Part shown: in pieces, positions 36,492-45,477 of the stretch
Numbering within the stretch: position 1 is the stretch's first letter
How the letters are laid out: every line of letters starts with the position of its first letter
Source of the DNA: an uncultured Candidatus Saccharibacteria bacterium
GTDB taxonomy: Bacteria > Patescibacteriota > Minisyncoccia > Phycocordibacterales > JAKFXT01
Assembly: GCA_964541455.1 (NCBI GenBank)
Contig: CAZIPS010000001.1
Coordinates: forward strand, 1,709-65,708
Length of the DNA: 64,000 nt
Reading direction: 5' to 3'
Program-made: the position numbers and the translations under genes
The notes under the pieces: model-generated
Database searches by the model: none
What the model was told of the DNA's origin: nothing
The model's input: the letters and a program-made list of their open reading frames with translations, nothing else

Positions 36492-36935
36492 ATGCGACCA
36501 GTGTATAAATTTTTTGATAAGTTAGAGGATCGAGTGCGCGCCAAGCTTGCTCATTATCCAATTGCGTATTCACTTATTGCAGCAACTGCTATTGTTATTT
36601 TCTGGCGTTCTGTTTGGGGGATTGCTGACTACGGTATTTCAAATGATGGTCATGGACTTTCGTATGTGTACTCTCTGATTGTGAGTACGATTGTTCTCCT
36701 TTTGACGGGGCTTTTTACATCATTTTTTGTGGGAGATACGATTCTTATTTCTGGACTTAAAAAAGAAAAGAAGTTGATTGAAAAGACTGAAGATGAAGTT
36801 GATCGAGAGGGGAGTGTGTTGAAGCGTTTACAAAGTAATGTTTCGCGTGAAGAGAGTATTTTGCTTGAAGTCCAGAAAGAGCTCAAGGAGTTACGTGAGG
36901 CGGTATATACTCTGCAACATAAAAACCCCCAATAG
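36492..36935 (+). CDS. hypothetical membrane protein with C-terminal coiled coil
   Basis: Two TM helices then a KKEKKLIEKTEDEVDREGSVLKRLQ...LKELREAVYTLQ heptad region. Confidence 0.35.
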   Translation: MRPVYKFFDKLEDRVRAKLAHYPIAYSLIAATAIVIFWRSVWGIADYGISNDGHGLSYVYSLIVSTIVLLLTGLFTSFFVGDTILISGLKKEKKLIEKTEDEVDREGSVLKRLQSNVSREESILLEVQKELKELREAVYTLQHKNPQ

Positions 36936-36940
36936 CCCCT

Positions 36941-37399
36941 ATGTCAACAAAAGCACGAAACACACTACTCATACTTGCAGGAATCATGCTCGGTATTGGC
37001 TTTGCTGATGCATCGTTTCTTTTTTATAAGTATATTACCGCTGATCCTATTAACTGCTTTATTTTTGATGGTTGCAATACAGTAGCAAAAAGTCCTTATG
37101 CGTACGTTTTTGGTATACCACTTCCTGCCTTTGGACTTGTTTTCTATGGAGTGATGCTCGGTATTTTTGGAGCACTTGTTTTTATACGTAGGAATATTGT
37201 AAAGACACTGTTTCTCCTTGGTGGGTTAGTTGGATTTCTTTTCTCACTCTGGTTTGTGTATTTGCAAGGGTTTGTGATTGGAGCATTTTGTATCTATTGC
37301 CTTATTTCAGCTGCAGATTCAGTGGTTATTTTTTGTACCGCCATTATGCTTTTTATGGATAAGCAAGAGACGTTAGGTAAGGTAGATGGAGTATATTAA
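36941..37399 (+). CDS. vitamin K epoxide reductase (VKOR)-family protein, likely DsbB-analog
   Basis: Four TM helices. Loop cysteine pair CFIFDGC. CxxC in the last TM (CIYC). Confidence 0.6.
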   Translation: MSTKARNTLLILAGIMLGIGFADASFLFYKYITADPINCFIFDGCNTVAKSPYAYVFGIPLPAFGLVFYGVMLGIFGALVFIRRNIVKTLFLLGGLVGFLFSLWFVYLQGFVIGAFCIYCLISAADSVVIFCTAIMLFMDKQETLGKVDGVY

Positions 37400-37415
37400 C
37401 AACATATAACAACGT

Positions 37416-37772
37416 ATGGAACCAAAAAAAATCTTAATACATCTTCTAGTTACTACAGGCATTATTTATGCACTTGCAACGTATAACCTAATCCCTGGGA
37501 TTGTGATCGGTGGGTTTTATAGCGCACTTGTGGTCGCTAGTCTTATGGGGCTTTTAAGTGTAGCTGCGCGCACATTTCTCGTAACCTTTCATGTGCCAGT
37601 AATTTTGCTGACACTTTGGGTGTTTGCGCTTGTGTTAAATACAGCAGTGCTTTGGTTTATAAGTAAGTTTATGGACCCCTCACAGTTTCAAGTGGAGAGT
37701 CTACTCGCTGCTTTTTTGGCGGCACTTGTAGTTTCGCTTGCACAGTCAGTGGTCCATAAAATTACTTCTTAA
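37416..37772 (+). CDS. phage-holin-4-like (PF04020-type) small membrane protein
   Basis: 118 aa with 3-4 TM helices. Pattern GIVIGGFYSALVVASLMGLLSVAARTFLV...LWFISKFM typical of the YvlD/holin superfamily IV. Confidence 0.5.
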   Translation: MEPKKILIHLLVTTGIIYALATYNLIPGIVIGGFYSALVVASLMGLLSVAARTFLVTFHVPVILLTLWVFALVLNTAVLWFISKFMDPSQFQVESLLAAFLAALVVSLAQSVVHKITS

Positions 37773-37789
37773 AAACTAATTTTTAAACA

Positions 37790-38128
37790 ATGAAAATTAT
37801 TTTACGCCTGCTTACTATCGCATTTGCAATTTTTGTTATTGCACAGTTTCATCTTGTATCAGGGATCGCCGTTTCCGGGTTCGGTACCGCCCTCCTTGTT
37901 GCTTTTGTGCTCGGTATACTGAATCTTATTATTCGTCCAATATTGTTATTGCTCACGCTTCCGCTCACTCTCCTTACCCTCGGTCTTTTTACTTTAGTAA
38001 TTAATGCGCTTCTTTTTTGGCTTGTGGCTTTTATGGTAAAGGGGTTCACAGTTTCCGGCTTTATTCCAGCATTTATTGGAGCGTTTATAATTGCCATTGT
38101 GAGCGCTCTTGCGCATAAAATTTTCTAG
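37790..38128 (+). CDS. phage-holin-4-like small membrane protein (tandem paralog)
   Basis: 112 aa with the same topology. GIAVSGFGTALLVAFVLGILNLIIRPILLLLTLPLTLLTLGLFTLVINALLFWLVAFMVKGF. Confidence 0.5.
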   Translation: MKIILRLLTIAFAIFVIAQFHLVSGIAVSGFGTALLVAFVLGILNLIIRPILLLLTLPLTLLTLGLFTLVINALLFWLVAFMVKGFTVSGFIPAFIGAFIIAIVSALAHKIF

Positions 38129-38196
38129 AACAAAAGCACTGTTCTTGAGTTAACGTGTGTTTTAAGGTAAGGTGACAACACTTACGTTTTTATCTT

Positions 38197-39165
38197 ATGG
38201 CGTTTATTGATGAAATAAAGCTCCATCTTAAGTCCGGCCGCGGAGGCGATGGGGTAGTTCGTTGGCGCCATGAAAAGGGGATACAGCTTGGGGGGCCATC
38301 AGGAGGCAATGGAAATAAGGGAGGAGATGTCTATGCGGTTGGGGTACGCGATTTGGGACTTCTTGTTCGTTATCGTAATGTGAAAGAATTGTCCGCCAAA
38401 GACGGCGAACCAGGTTCAAAAAATAAACAACAAGGTGCACAAGGTGAAGATCTTCTTCTTGAGGTACCACTAGGTTCACTTATAAAAAACCTCGACACAC
38501 AAAGGACTGTTGAAATACTTGATGAGGGGCAAAAGGAAATACTGCTTCACGGGGGCAGGGGGGGGCTTGGGAATGATCATTTTAAAAGTTCAGTGAATCG
38601 TTCTCCTACTGAATGGACACCGGGAGAGAAAGGAGAAGAAGGTAATTTTAGTATTGAATTGCGCTTAATTGCAGATGCTGGGCTTATAGGACTGCCTAAT
38701 GCAGGGAAATCAAGTTTGCTTAACGCACTCACTAACGCTAAGGCGAAAATCGGGAGCTATCAATTTACAACACTTGAGCCAAATTTGGGGAGTCTTTATG
38801 GACTTATTCTTGCTGATATTCCAGGCCTCATTGAAGGAGCAAGTGAGGGGAAGGGACTTGGGCACAAATTCCTCCGTCATATTACACGTACACACGTCCT
38901 CCTTCATTGTATTTCGCTTGAAAATGAAGATATTAGCGGAACGTATAACACTGTAAGGGAAGAGCTGCGTAAGTATTCTCCAGAACTTATCGATAAAGAG
39001 GAGGTTATTATTCTCACCAAAACAGATATGGTGTCCCAGGCGGTTGTTAAAGAAAAAGTAAAAGAAGCCAAAACATTAGTGAAAAAAGTTTACACTGTAT
39101 CGGTGCTTGATGATGCGTCAGTTAAAGCGCTTAGCGAAGACATAACAAAGCTCCTTAAGGGGTAG
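38197..39165 (+). CDS. obg: GTPase Obg
   Basis: Obg fold N-terminus FIDEIKLHLKSGRGGDGVVRWRHEKG...GGNGNKGGDVY. G1 GLPNAGKSSLLNAL. G3 DIPGLIEGASEG. NKxD-equivalent TKTD. Confidence 0.85.
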   Translation: MAFIDEIKLHLKSGRGGDGVVRWRHEKGIQLGGPSGGNGNKGGDVYAVGVRDLGLLVRYRNVKELSAKDGEPGSKNKQQGAQGEDLLLEVPLGSLIKNLDTQRTVEILDEGQKEILLHGGRGGLGNDHFKSSVNRSPTEWTPGEKGEEGNFSIELRLIADAGLIGLPNAGKSSLLNALTNAKAKIGSYQFTTLEPNLGSLYGLILADIPGLIEGASEGKGLGHKFLRHITRTHVLLHCISLENEDISGTYNTVREELRKYSPELIDKEEVIILTKTDMVSQAVVKEKVKEAKTLVKKVYTVSVLDDASVKALSEDITKLLKG

Positions 39166-39206
39166 TCTTCAGTATTTGAACAGTTTTCTGTATAATCCTG
39201 TTACTT

Positions 39207-40613
39207 ATGAGTAAGTATATTCCGACAATTGGCCTTGAGATCCATGCGGAGCTTAAAACGCAGACTAAAATGTTCTGCAATAGCCGAAACGATCCTGATG
39301 AGAGGGAGCCTAATGTGCACATATGCCCTGTGTGTATGGCTCACCCTGGAACGCTCCCTGTTATTAATAAGGAGGCAGTGAAGCATGTGCTTAAGGTGGG
39401 AACAGCGATTAACGGAACACTTGCTGATTTTACTGAATTTGATCGTAAGAACTATTTTTATCCTGATATTCCTAAGGGGTATCAAATTAGCCAATATAAG
39501 TATCCCCTTGTTTCAGGAGGGAGCCTTGCTGATGTGTTAATAACACGGGTACATCTTGAGGAGGATACTGCTCGTTCAAGCCACGATCAGGGGGACTTTA
39601 GTCTTGTTGATTATAATCGTGCGGGCGTGCCGCTTATGGAACTGGTTACTGAACCAGTGATTCATGACGCTGAAACCGCGGTGCGTTTTGCAAAAGAGTT
39701 GCAACTACTCCTTCGTTATTTGGGTGCTGGAGAAGCTAATATGGAAAAGGGACAAATGCGCGTTGAGGTGAATATTTCAATAGCAGAAGAGGGAAAGCGT
39801 GGCACTAAGGCAGAAATAAAAAATATCAATTCGTTCCGTGCTGTGGCAGGGGCTATTGCGTACGAAATAGCCAGACAAAGTGAGCTTCTTGATAGGGGAG
39901 AAAAAGTGCTTCAAGAAACACGAGGGTGGGATGAAACGAAACAAAAAACATTTAGCCAGCGTATCAAAGAGAATTCAAATGATTATCGCTATTTCCCTGA
40001 CCCTGATTTGCCAAAGCTTTACATAAGCCAGATTCCAGAGTTTGCTCCAGAAAAACTCAGGGCTGAAATCAAAGAACTTCCATGGGAGCGTCGTCTGCGT
40101 TATCAAAAGCAGGGGCTTAAACAGGAGGACGTTGAGATGTATGTGCAAAGCGAGCGTTATGGAGCCTTTTTTGATGAAGTAGCAAAGATTGTTGATAATG
40201 ATGAAAAACTTGTATTACTTGCTTCAAACTACATAAGCTCTGATATAGCTGGGTTAACAAAAAATACCGGAAAGGATTTTGCTATGACTCCCGAGCATTT
40301 TGCTACGCTTATGCGTATGACGGCGGAAAACAAAATCTCCTCACGTGGGGCGAAAGATCTGCTCGCTCTTTTGTTTGAAGTAGATGCTGACCCAGAAAAA
40401 CTGGCCGAAGAGCGAGGGTTGTTACAAAAAAGTGATCCTGAAGCGCTAAAAAAGATTGCACAAGAAGTGATTGCAGAAAACGAAACAGCAGTTACTGAAT
40501 ATAAAAATGGAAAAGCCTCGTCCCTTCAGTTTTTGGTAGGACAAGGTATGAAAAAGAGTAAGGGAAGCGCCAATCCAGCACTTTTGCGTGAGGCGTTAGA
40601 ATCACTCATGTAA
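39207..40613 (+). CDS. gatB: Asp-tRNA(Asn)/Glu-tRNA(Gln) amidotransferase subunit B
   Basis: MSKYIPTIGLEIHAELKTQTKMFC...CPVCMAHPGTLPV. Cradle-domain motifs. C-terminal YqeY-like tail. Confidence 0.9.
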   Translation: MSKYIPTIGLEIHAELKTQTKMFCNSRNDPDEREPNVHICPVCMAHPGTLPVINKEAVKHVLKVGTAINGTLADFTEFDRKNYFYPDIPKGYQISQYKYPLVSGGSLADVLITRVHLEEDTARSSHDQGDFSLVDYNRAGVPLMELVTEPVIHDAETAVRFAKELQLLLRYLGAGEANMEKGQMRVEVNISIAEEGKRGTKAEIKNINSFRAVAGAIAYEIARQSELLDRGEKVLQETRGWDETKQKTFSQRIKENSNDYRYFPDPDLPKLYISQIPEFAPEKLRAEIKELPWERRLRYQKQGLKQEDVEMYVQSERYGAFFDEVAKIVDNDEKLVLLASNYISSDIAGLTKNTGKDFAMTPEHFATLMRMTAENKISSRGAKDLLALLFEVDADPEKLAEERGLLQKSDPEALKKIAQEVIAENETAVTEYKNGKASSLQFLVGQGMKKSKGSANPALLREALESLM

Positions 40614-40710
40614 CCTTTCCTTTTAGGTATTTGGTAAGTTTCTTTCGCTAGAAAGATGACTTTCTGCTTGCTATACTTACATGACTTACTATCAGTAATG
40701 ATTATTTTTT

Positions 40711-41742
40711 ATGGCAATCAAAGTTGCGATTAATGGATTTGGAAGAATTGGACGCGCGTTTTTCAAAATTGCAAGTACACGCTCAGAACTTGAAATTGTT
40801 GCTATCAATGATTTAGGAGATGTAGAGAACTTAGCGTACCTACTTAAATACGACACGGTGTATGGGAGAAGTGGGTTCGATATCAGTACAGAAAAAGGGG
40901 ATCAGTCTTTCTTTATTGTTAACGGAAGAAAAATTGCATTTATAAGCCAGAAGGAACCAACAATGCTTCCGTGGGGGGCAATGGGCGTTGATATTGTAGT
41001 TGAATCGACGGGTCTTTTTACGAGCTATGAAAAATCAAAAGTGCATCTTGCGGCGGGAGCCAAGCGCGTGGTTATTACCGCTCCTGTTAAAGATGATCCA
41101 ACAGCGGATGCTCCGGGTGCAACAGTGCTTATGGGGATTAATGACAGTGCCCTTACTGATGTTAAAATCAGTTCTAATGCATCCTGCACCACTAACTCTG
41201 CAAGCCCAGTGATGCAGATACTCCACGAAGCAATCGGTATCGAAAAAGCAGTACTTTCAACAGTACACGGGTATACGGCAAGTCAATCAATCGTTGATGG
41301 GCCTGCGAAGAAGGATTGGAAAGAGGGGAGGGCTGCCGCACAAAACATAGTTCCAACTTCAACAGGGGCTGCTATTGCGGTAGCTAAGGCGCTCCCTGAT
41401 CTACTTGGGAAGTTTGATGGTATTTCGATGCGTGTCCCCATCCCAGCGGGGTCTATTGCCGATATTACTTTTATTGCAAAACGCAATACGAGCGTGGAAG
41501 AAATTAACGAGCTTTTTAGAAAGGCAGCAGGGGAAGAGCGTTGGAAGAAGGTGTTTTCATACACAGATGAGCCACTCGTTTCTTCTGATATTGTAGGAAG
41601 TATCTATGCGTCAATTGCGGATTTAGGACTTACGCGGGTGATTGATGGGAACTTAGTAAAAGTATGTGCCTGGTATGATAATGAAATGGGCTATACACAT
41701 GCGCTTGTCGAACATGTCGTTGCTGCAAGTAAGTATCTATAA
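40711..41742 (+). CDS. gap: type I glyceraldehyde-3-phosphate dehydrogenase
   Basis: INGFGRIGR. Active-site ASCTTNS. WYDNE near the C-terminus. Confidence 0.9.
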   Translation: MAIKVAINGFGRIGRAFFKIASTRSELEIVAINDLGDVENLAYLLKYDTVYGRSGFDISTEKGDQSFFIVNGRKIAFISQKEPTMLPWGAMGVDIVVESTGLFTSYEKSKVHLAAGAKRVVITAPVKDDPTADAPGATVLMGINDSALTDVKISSNASCTTNSASPVMQILHEAIGIEKAVLSTVHGYTASQSIVDGPAKKDWKEGRAAAQNIVPTSTGAAIAVAKALPDLLGKFDGISMRVPIPAGSIADITFIAKRNTSVEEINELFRKAAGEERWKKVFSYTDEPLVSSDIVGSIYASIADLGLTRVIDGNLVKVCAWYDNEMGYTHALVEHVVAASKYL

Positions 41743-41759
41743 ATCTTTATTGTAAAACT

Positions 41760-42101
41760 ATGGTATTTGATCAAGCACCACATCCTGAAGGGAAGATCTT
41801 TGCGAAACTTGACTGCAGTGAGCAACTTGCAAAAGCAACAAGTCTTCAGGATATGTATGAAGTATTACGAAGTTATCAGTACGTAGTGGGGGACGGTGGG
41901 GAAGTGATTGAGGTAGCATCACTTATTGAAACACTCGAGAAGGTGGCACCAGCTATTTTGAATTTAAAAAGTAATGAGGAGTTTGTGCAAAACTATGGAA
42001 TCTATAGGCAGGCAATAACTGATAATGGGGGCATCTTTACGCACTATATTCGGTTACTAGGAGAGATGACAGGCCGAGTATTTGAAATTCCTTCAGCATA
42101 A
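41760..42101 (+). CDS. hypothetical protein
   Basis: 113-aa ORF in operon context. No motif recognised. Confidence 0.3.
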   Translation: MVFDQAPHPEGKIFAKLDCSEQLAKATSLQDMYEVLRSYQYVVGDGGEVIEVASLIETLEKVAPAILNLKSNEEFVQNYGIYRQAITDNGGIFTHYIRLLGEMTGRVFEIPSA

Positions 42102-42105
42102 AAAT

Positions 42106-42558
42106 ATGGCATTTACAGTATACGTAGCGTCAGATCATGCAGGTTTTGAATTAAAGAATCACTTAGCAGACTATGTAAAGTCACTTGGTTTTACCGTAGT
42201 TGATAAGGGGCCTTTTTCTCTTGATCCACAAGACGATTATCCTGATTATGTGCGACTTGTGGCAGAAGAAGTATTGCGTGATCCTGATGCGACGCGTGGC
42301 ATCATCCTTGGGGGATCGGGCCAGGGAGAGGCTATGGTAGTGAATCGTTATAAGGGAATACGGGCAACGGTATATTATGGAGGAACAGAAGAAATCATCC
42401 GCCTTTCTCGTGAGCACAATAATGCAAACATACTCTCGCTTGGCGCCCGCTTTTTAAATGAGCTCGAAGCAGAAAGTGCTGTCAAAATGTGGCTTGAACT
42501 CCCTTTTAGCAAAGACGAGCGTCATGTTCGAAGAATTGAAAAAATAGATGCACAATAA
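42106..42558 (+). CDS. rpiB: ribose-5-phosphate isomerase B
   Basis: MAFTVYVASDHAGFELKNHLADYVKSLGFTVVDKG. RpiB/LacAB fold. GIILGGSGQGEAMVVNR. The track ORF starts at 42082, but the ATG at 42106 gives the canonical N-terminus. Confidence 0.8.
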   Translation: MAFTVYVASDHAGFELKNHLADYVKSLGFTVVDKGPFSLDPQDDYPDYVRLVAEEVLRDPDATRGIILGGSGQGEAMVVNRYKGIRATVYYGGTEEIIRLSREHNNANILSLGARFLNELEAESAVKMWLELPFSKDERHVRRIEKIDAQ

Positions 42559-43255
42559 TTCAATCGAAATTATTCCAGCGGTCATGCCTCAAAGTTGGGC
42601 AGATATCGAAACGCACGCAGCAGATGTGTCCTCATATGTTGAGCATATACAGCTTGATATTATGGATGGAAAGTTTGTAAAAGAAAAAACATGGCCGTAT
42701 AAAAACGATGAGGGAGAACTGAATCGCGTTATTGCTGAAGAGTTCGGGCTTCCAGAATGGGAAAAGGTGAATTATGAAATAGATCTAATGGTAAGTACTC
42801 CGGATAAAGATGCGCTTACGTGGATTAAAGCTGGAGCCACACGAGTAATACTGCATATTGAAAGCAGTACGACGATTCTCGAAACAATTAAAAAAATTCG
42901 TAGTGAATACGGCACAAAGGAAACTATGGCACTCGCTCCCGAGATTGGCGTGGCAATTGATGTGGCAACACCCCTTAAGGAGCTTGATGTATACATTCCT
43001 CATGTTGATTTTGTGCAGCATATGGGTATTGCTCATATTGGATATCAAGGTGAACCTTTTGCCGAAGAAACATTGTCCCGAGTTAAAACATTGAAGGAGA
43101 AGTATCCGAACCTTATAATCAGTATTGATGGGGCTGTTAACGATGTGTCAGCTCCCAAACTTATTGCTGCTGGTGCTACAAGGTTAGTGTCAGGATCTTA
43201 CTTACTCAAGGCCCCGGACCTCAAAGAAGCAATAGAAACGCTTCAAGGTGTATAG
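42548..43255 (+). CDS. rpe: ribulose-phosphate 3-epimerase family protein (divergent)
   Basis: IIPAVMPQSW...HIQLDIMDGKFV resembles the Rpe HxDxMDGxFVPN motif. C-terminal ISIDGAVN...AAGATRLVSGSYLL resembles the Rpe DGGvn...aGA...vaGSaif. Confidence 0.6.
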   Translation: MHNNSIEIIPAVMPQSWADIETHAADVSSYVEHIQLDIMDGKFVKEKTWPYKNDEGELNRVIAEEFGLPEWEKVNYEIDLMVSTPDKDALTWIKAGATRVILHIESSTTILETIKKIRSEYGTKETMALAPEIGVAIDVATPLKELDVYIPHVDFVQHMGIAHIGYQGEPFAEETLSRVKTLKEKYPNLIISIDGAVNDVSAPKLIAAGATRLVSGSYLLKAPDLKEAIETLQGV

Positions 43256-44129
43256 GAATATGAATTATTTAGCTGATGAAAAAATAGAAGAGATAGCGCT
43301 TAAGGCGAATTCGATTCGCGAGTCGATTATTGAAATGCTTCTTGAGGCAGGTTCAGGCCATACTGCGGGGCCTTTGGGGATGGCAGATATATTCGCAACG
43401 CTCTATTTTCATATACTGCGTCATGATCCCAAAAACCCAAGTTGGGAGAAAAGAGATCGTGTTATTTTAAGTAATGGTCACATTTGTCCCGTGCTCTACG
43501 CTACTATGGCACATGCTGGGTATTTTCCAGTTTCTGAACTCAAGACGCTTCGCAAGTTTGGTTCGCGACTTCAGGGACACCCGCATAAAGAAGCGCTTCC
43601 CGGTCTTGAATCATCCTCAGGGCCACTAGGATCTGGACTTTCTCAGGCTGTTGGGATGGCACTTGCTGATCGTATAGATTTTGGAAGAGCAACAGAAAAG
43701 TTTTTCTACTGTTTTATGGGAGACGGTGAGCTTGATGAGGGGCAAAACTGGGAAGCGATTATGCTTGCCGGAAAGGAGAAACTTCATAATATTATCGCTA
43801 TTGTTGACCGCAATAATATTCAAATAGATGGTTTTACAGAGGACGTGATGCCTCTTGAGTCACTGCGAGCAAAATGGGAGTCATTTAATTGGCATGTTGA
43901 AGAAATTGACGGACACAACGTCACTGCGATTAATGAAGCAATCGGAGAAGCACAATCAGTGTTTGAGAAGCCATCAGTAATTATTGCACACACCATTCCC
44001 GGTAAAGGAGTAGCTGAGTTTGAACATCGTCCTGAGTGGCACGGTAAACCACCAAAGAAGGAAGAGGCCGAAATGGCCCTCCGGGAACTACGAACACTTG
44101 GTGGGAAAATTAAGGCAGAGCATGAGTAA
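43248..44129 (+). CDS. transketolase, N-terminal (TPP-binding) subunit
   Basis: GSGHTAGPLGMADIFATLYF...DRVILSNGHICPVLYA...GSLGQGLS-like GSGLSQAVGMA...GDGELDEGQNWEA. Confidence 0.85.
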   Translation: MYRNMNYLADEKIEEIALKANSIRESIIEMLLEAGSGHTAGPLGMADIFATLYFHILRHDPKNPSWEKRDRVILSNGHICPVLYATMAHAGYFPVSELKTLRKFGSRLQGHPHKEALPGLESSSGPLGSGLSQAVGMALADRIDFGRATEKFFYCFMGDGELDEGQNWEAIMLAGKEKLHNIIAIVDRNNIQIDGFTEDVMPLESLRAKWESFNWHVEEIDGHNVTAINEAIGEAQSVFEKPSVIIAHTIPGKGVAEFEHRPEWHGKPPKKEEAEMALRELRTLGGKIKAEHE

Positions 44130-44427
44130 TATGAAATTAAGCGAACCTATTAAACCGTTATTGTTACTGCAGGGAGTGTTGATCCTAGAACTACTCTTTG
44201 TAGGTATTCTTTATTTTAAGAAAACATCGGGAGGCAATGGAGCAGCACTTGGTATTGGTTTGTTATATTTTTCTCCGGTTTTTCTCTATACCTCATTAAG
44301 ATATCTTTTTACTTTTTATAAAACCAAACAACAGGGAGGGGTCACTTTTTTTGATAAACTGTTTCTCATACTGGCACTTGTTTTCTTGGTGATAGTTCTT
44401 GTATTACTTGGTAAACTATTTGTGTAA
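44122..44427 (+). CDS. small hydrophobic protein (~101 aa, 3 TM) between the split transketolase genes
   Basis: ATG at 44122 overlaps the tktN stop. The track ORF 44020..44427 is a frame extension into tktN. Sequence MSNMKLSEPIKPLLLLQGVLILELLFVGILYF... Confidence 0.35.
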   Translation: MSNMKLSEPIKPLLLLQGVLILELLFVGILYFKKTSGGNGAALGIGLLYFSPVFLYTSLRYLFTFYKTKQQGGVTFFDKLFLILALVFLVIVLVLLGKLFV

Positions 44428-44433
44428 AAAGTT

Positions 44434-45414
44434 ATGCTCATTTCTACGTTAAATCAAAAGGTGTTCGATAAAGATGTGGAGCAGTTGCCTATCCGCAAAG
44501 GTTTTGGAGAAGGCCTTGTTGACGCTGGGAAAAATGACGAGAGAATAGTGGGACTTTGTGCTGATCTTACAGAGTCGACGACCATGCATCTTTTTAAAAA
44601 AGAGTTTCCTAACCGTTTTGTGGAGATTGGCATTGCTGAGCAGAACTTAGCTTCAGTTGCGTCCGGTATGGCGGCAATGGGGAAAATAGCTTTTGTTTCT
44701 TCTTACGCTATGTTTAGTCCTGGGCGTAATTGGGAGCAAATCCGTACTACTGTTTGCTATAACAACAGTAATGTCAAAATTGCAGGCAGTCACGCGGGAG
44801 TGTCAGTTGGACCAGATGGGGCAACACACCAAGCGGTTGAAGATATGGCCATAACAAGGGTGCTCCCTAACATGATAGTGGTGTCACCTTGCGATATGCT
44901 CGAGGCGAAGAAGGCAACGCTTGCGCTAGCTCAATTACCAAGTCCAGCCTATCTTCGTCTTGCGCGTGAGCCAACTCCAGTCATGACTACTCCTGAAACA
45001 CCGTTTCAGATTGGGAAAGCGCAGGTTTTCTGGGATTCTGAAAATCCAAAGGCAACTATTATCGCAACGGGGGCACTTGTTCATAAGGCTCTAGTTGCTG
45101 CAAAAGAACTAGAGAAAGAGGGAACAGAAGTAGTGGTAGTGAACCTTTCAACTATAAAGCCACTTGATACCCAAACGATTCTTCGTGAGGTCCAAAGATC
45201 AGGACGAGTGGTGACTGTGGAGGAGCATCAAATTGCGGGAGGTATGGGAAGCGCAGTTGCAGAATATCTTTCGAAGGTGTATCCAGTACCGATTGAGTAT
45301 ATAGGAGTACAAGATGAATTTGGTCAGTCTGGAACCCCAGAGGAACTCATCGAACATTATGGTATGGGGGTAAGTCACATTAAGGCGGCAGTGGGGAAGG
45401 TGATAAAAAGATAG
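44434..45414 (+). CDS. transketolase, C-terminal (pyrimidine-binding) subunit
   Basis: FVEIGIAEQNLASVASGMAAMG...AGSHAGVSVGPDGATHQAVEDMA. C-terminal domain. Confidence 0.85.
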   Translation: MLISTLNQKVFDKDVEQLPIRKGFGEGLVDAGKNDERIVGLCADLTESTTMHLFKKEFPNRFVEIGIAEQNLASVASGMAAMGKIAFVSSYAMFSPGRNWEQIRTTVCYNNSNVKIAGSHAGVSVGPDGATHQAVEDMAITRVLPNMIVVSPCDMLEAKKATLALAQLPSPAYLRLAREPTPVMTTPETPFQIGKAQVFWDSENPKATIIATGALVHKALVAAKELEKEGTEVVVVNLSTIKPLDTQTILREVQRSGRVVTVEEHQIAGGMGSAVAEYLSKVYPVPIEYIGVQDEFGQSGTPEELIEHYGMGVSHIKAAVGKVIKR

Positions 45415-45440
45415 TATTTAAAATTCGATAATGATTGAAA

Positions 45441-45474
45441 ACAAAAAACTCCCTTAAGGGAGTTTTTTGTTTTC
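45441..45474. terminator. bidirectional rho-independent terminator (tkt / pfkB convergent)
   Basis: acaaaaaactccc-ttaa-gggagttttttgtttt. Confidence 0.75.
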
Positions 45475-45477
45475 TTG

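Noticed and set aside
37416-38128. Prophage lysis cassette
   Set aside because: The holin-like pair has no adjacent endolysin, spanin, terminase or integrase. Flanking genes are housekeeping (VKOR, obg).
44020-44427. 135-aa ORF starting at 44020
   Set aside because: Its first 34 codons overlap the C-terminus of tktN in another frame. The plausible start is the ATG at 44122, which overlaps the tktN stop.
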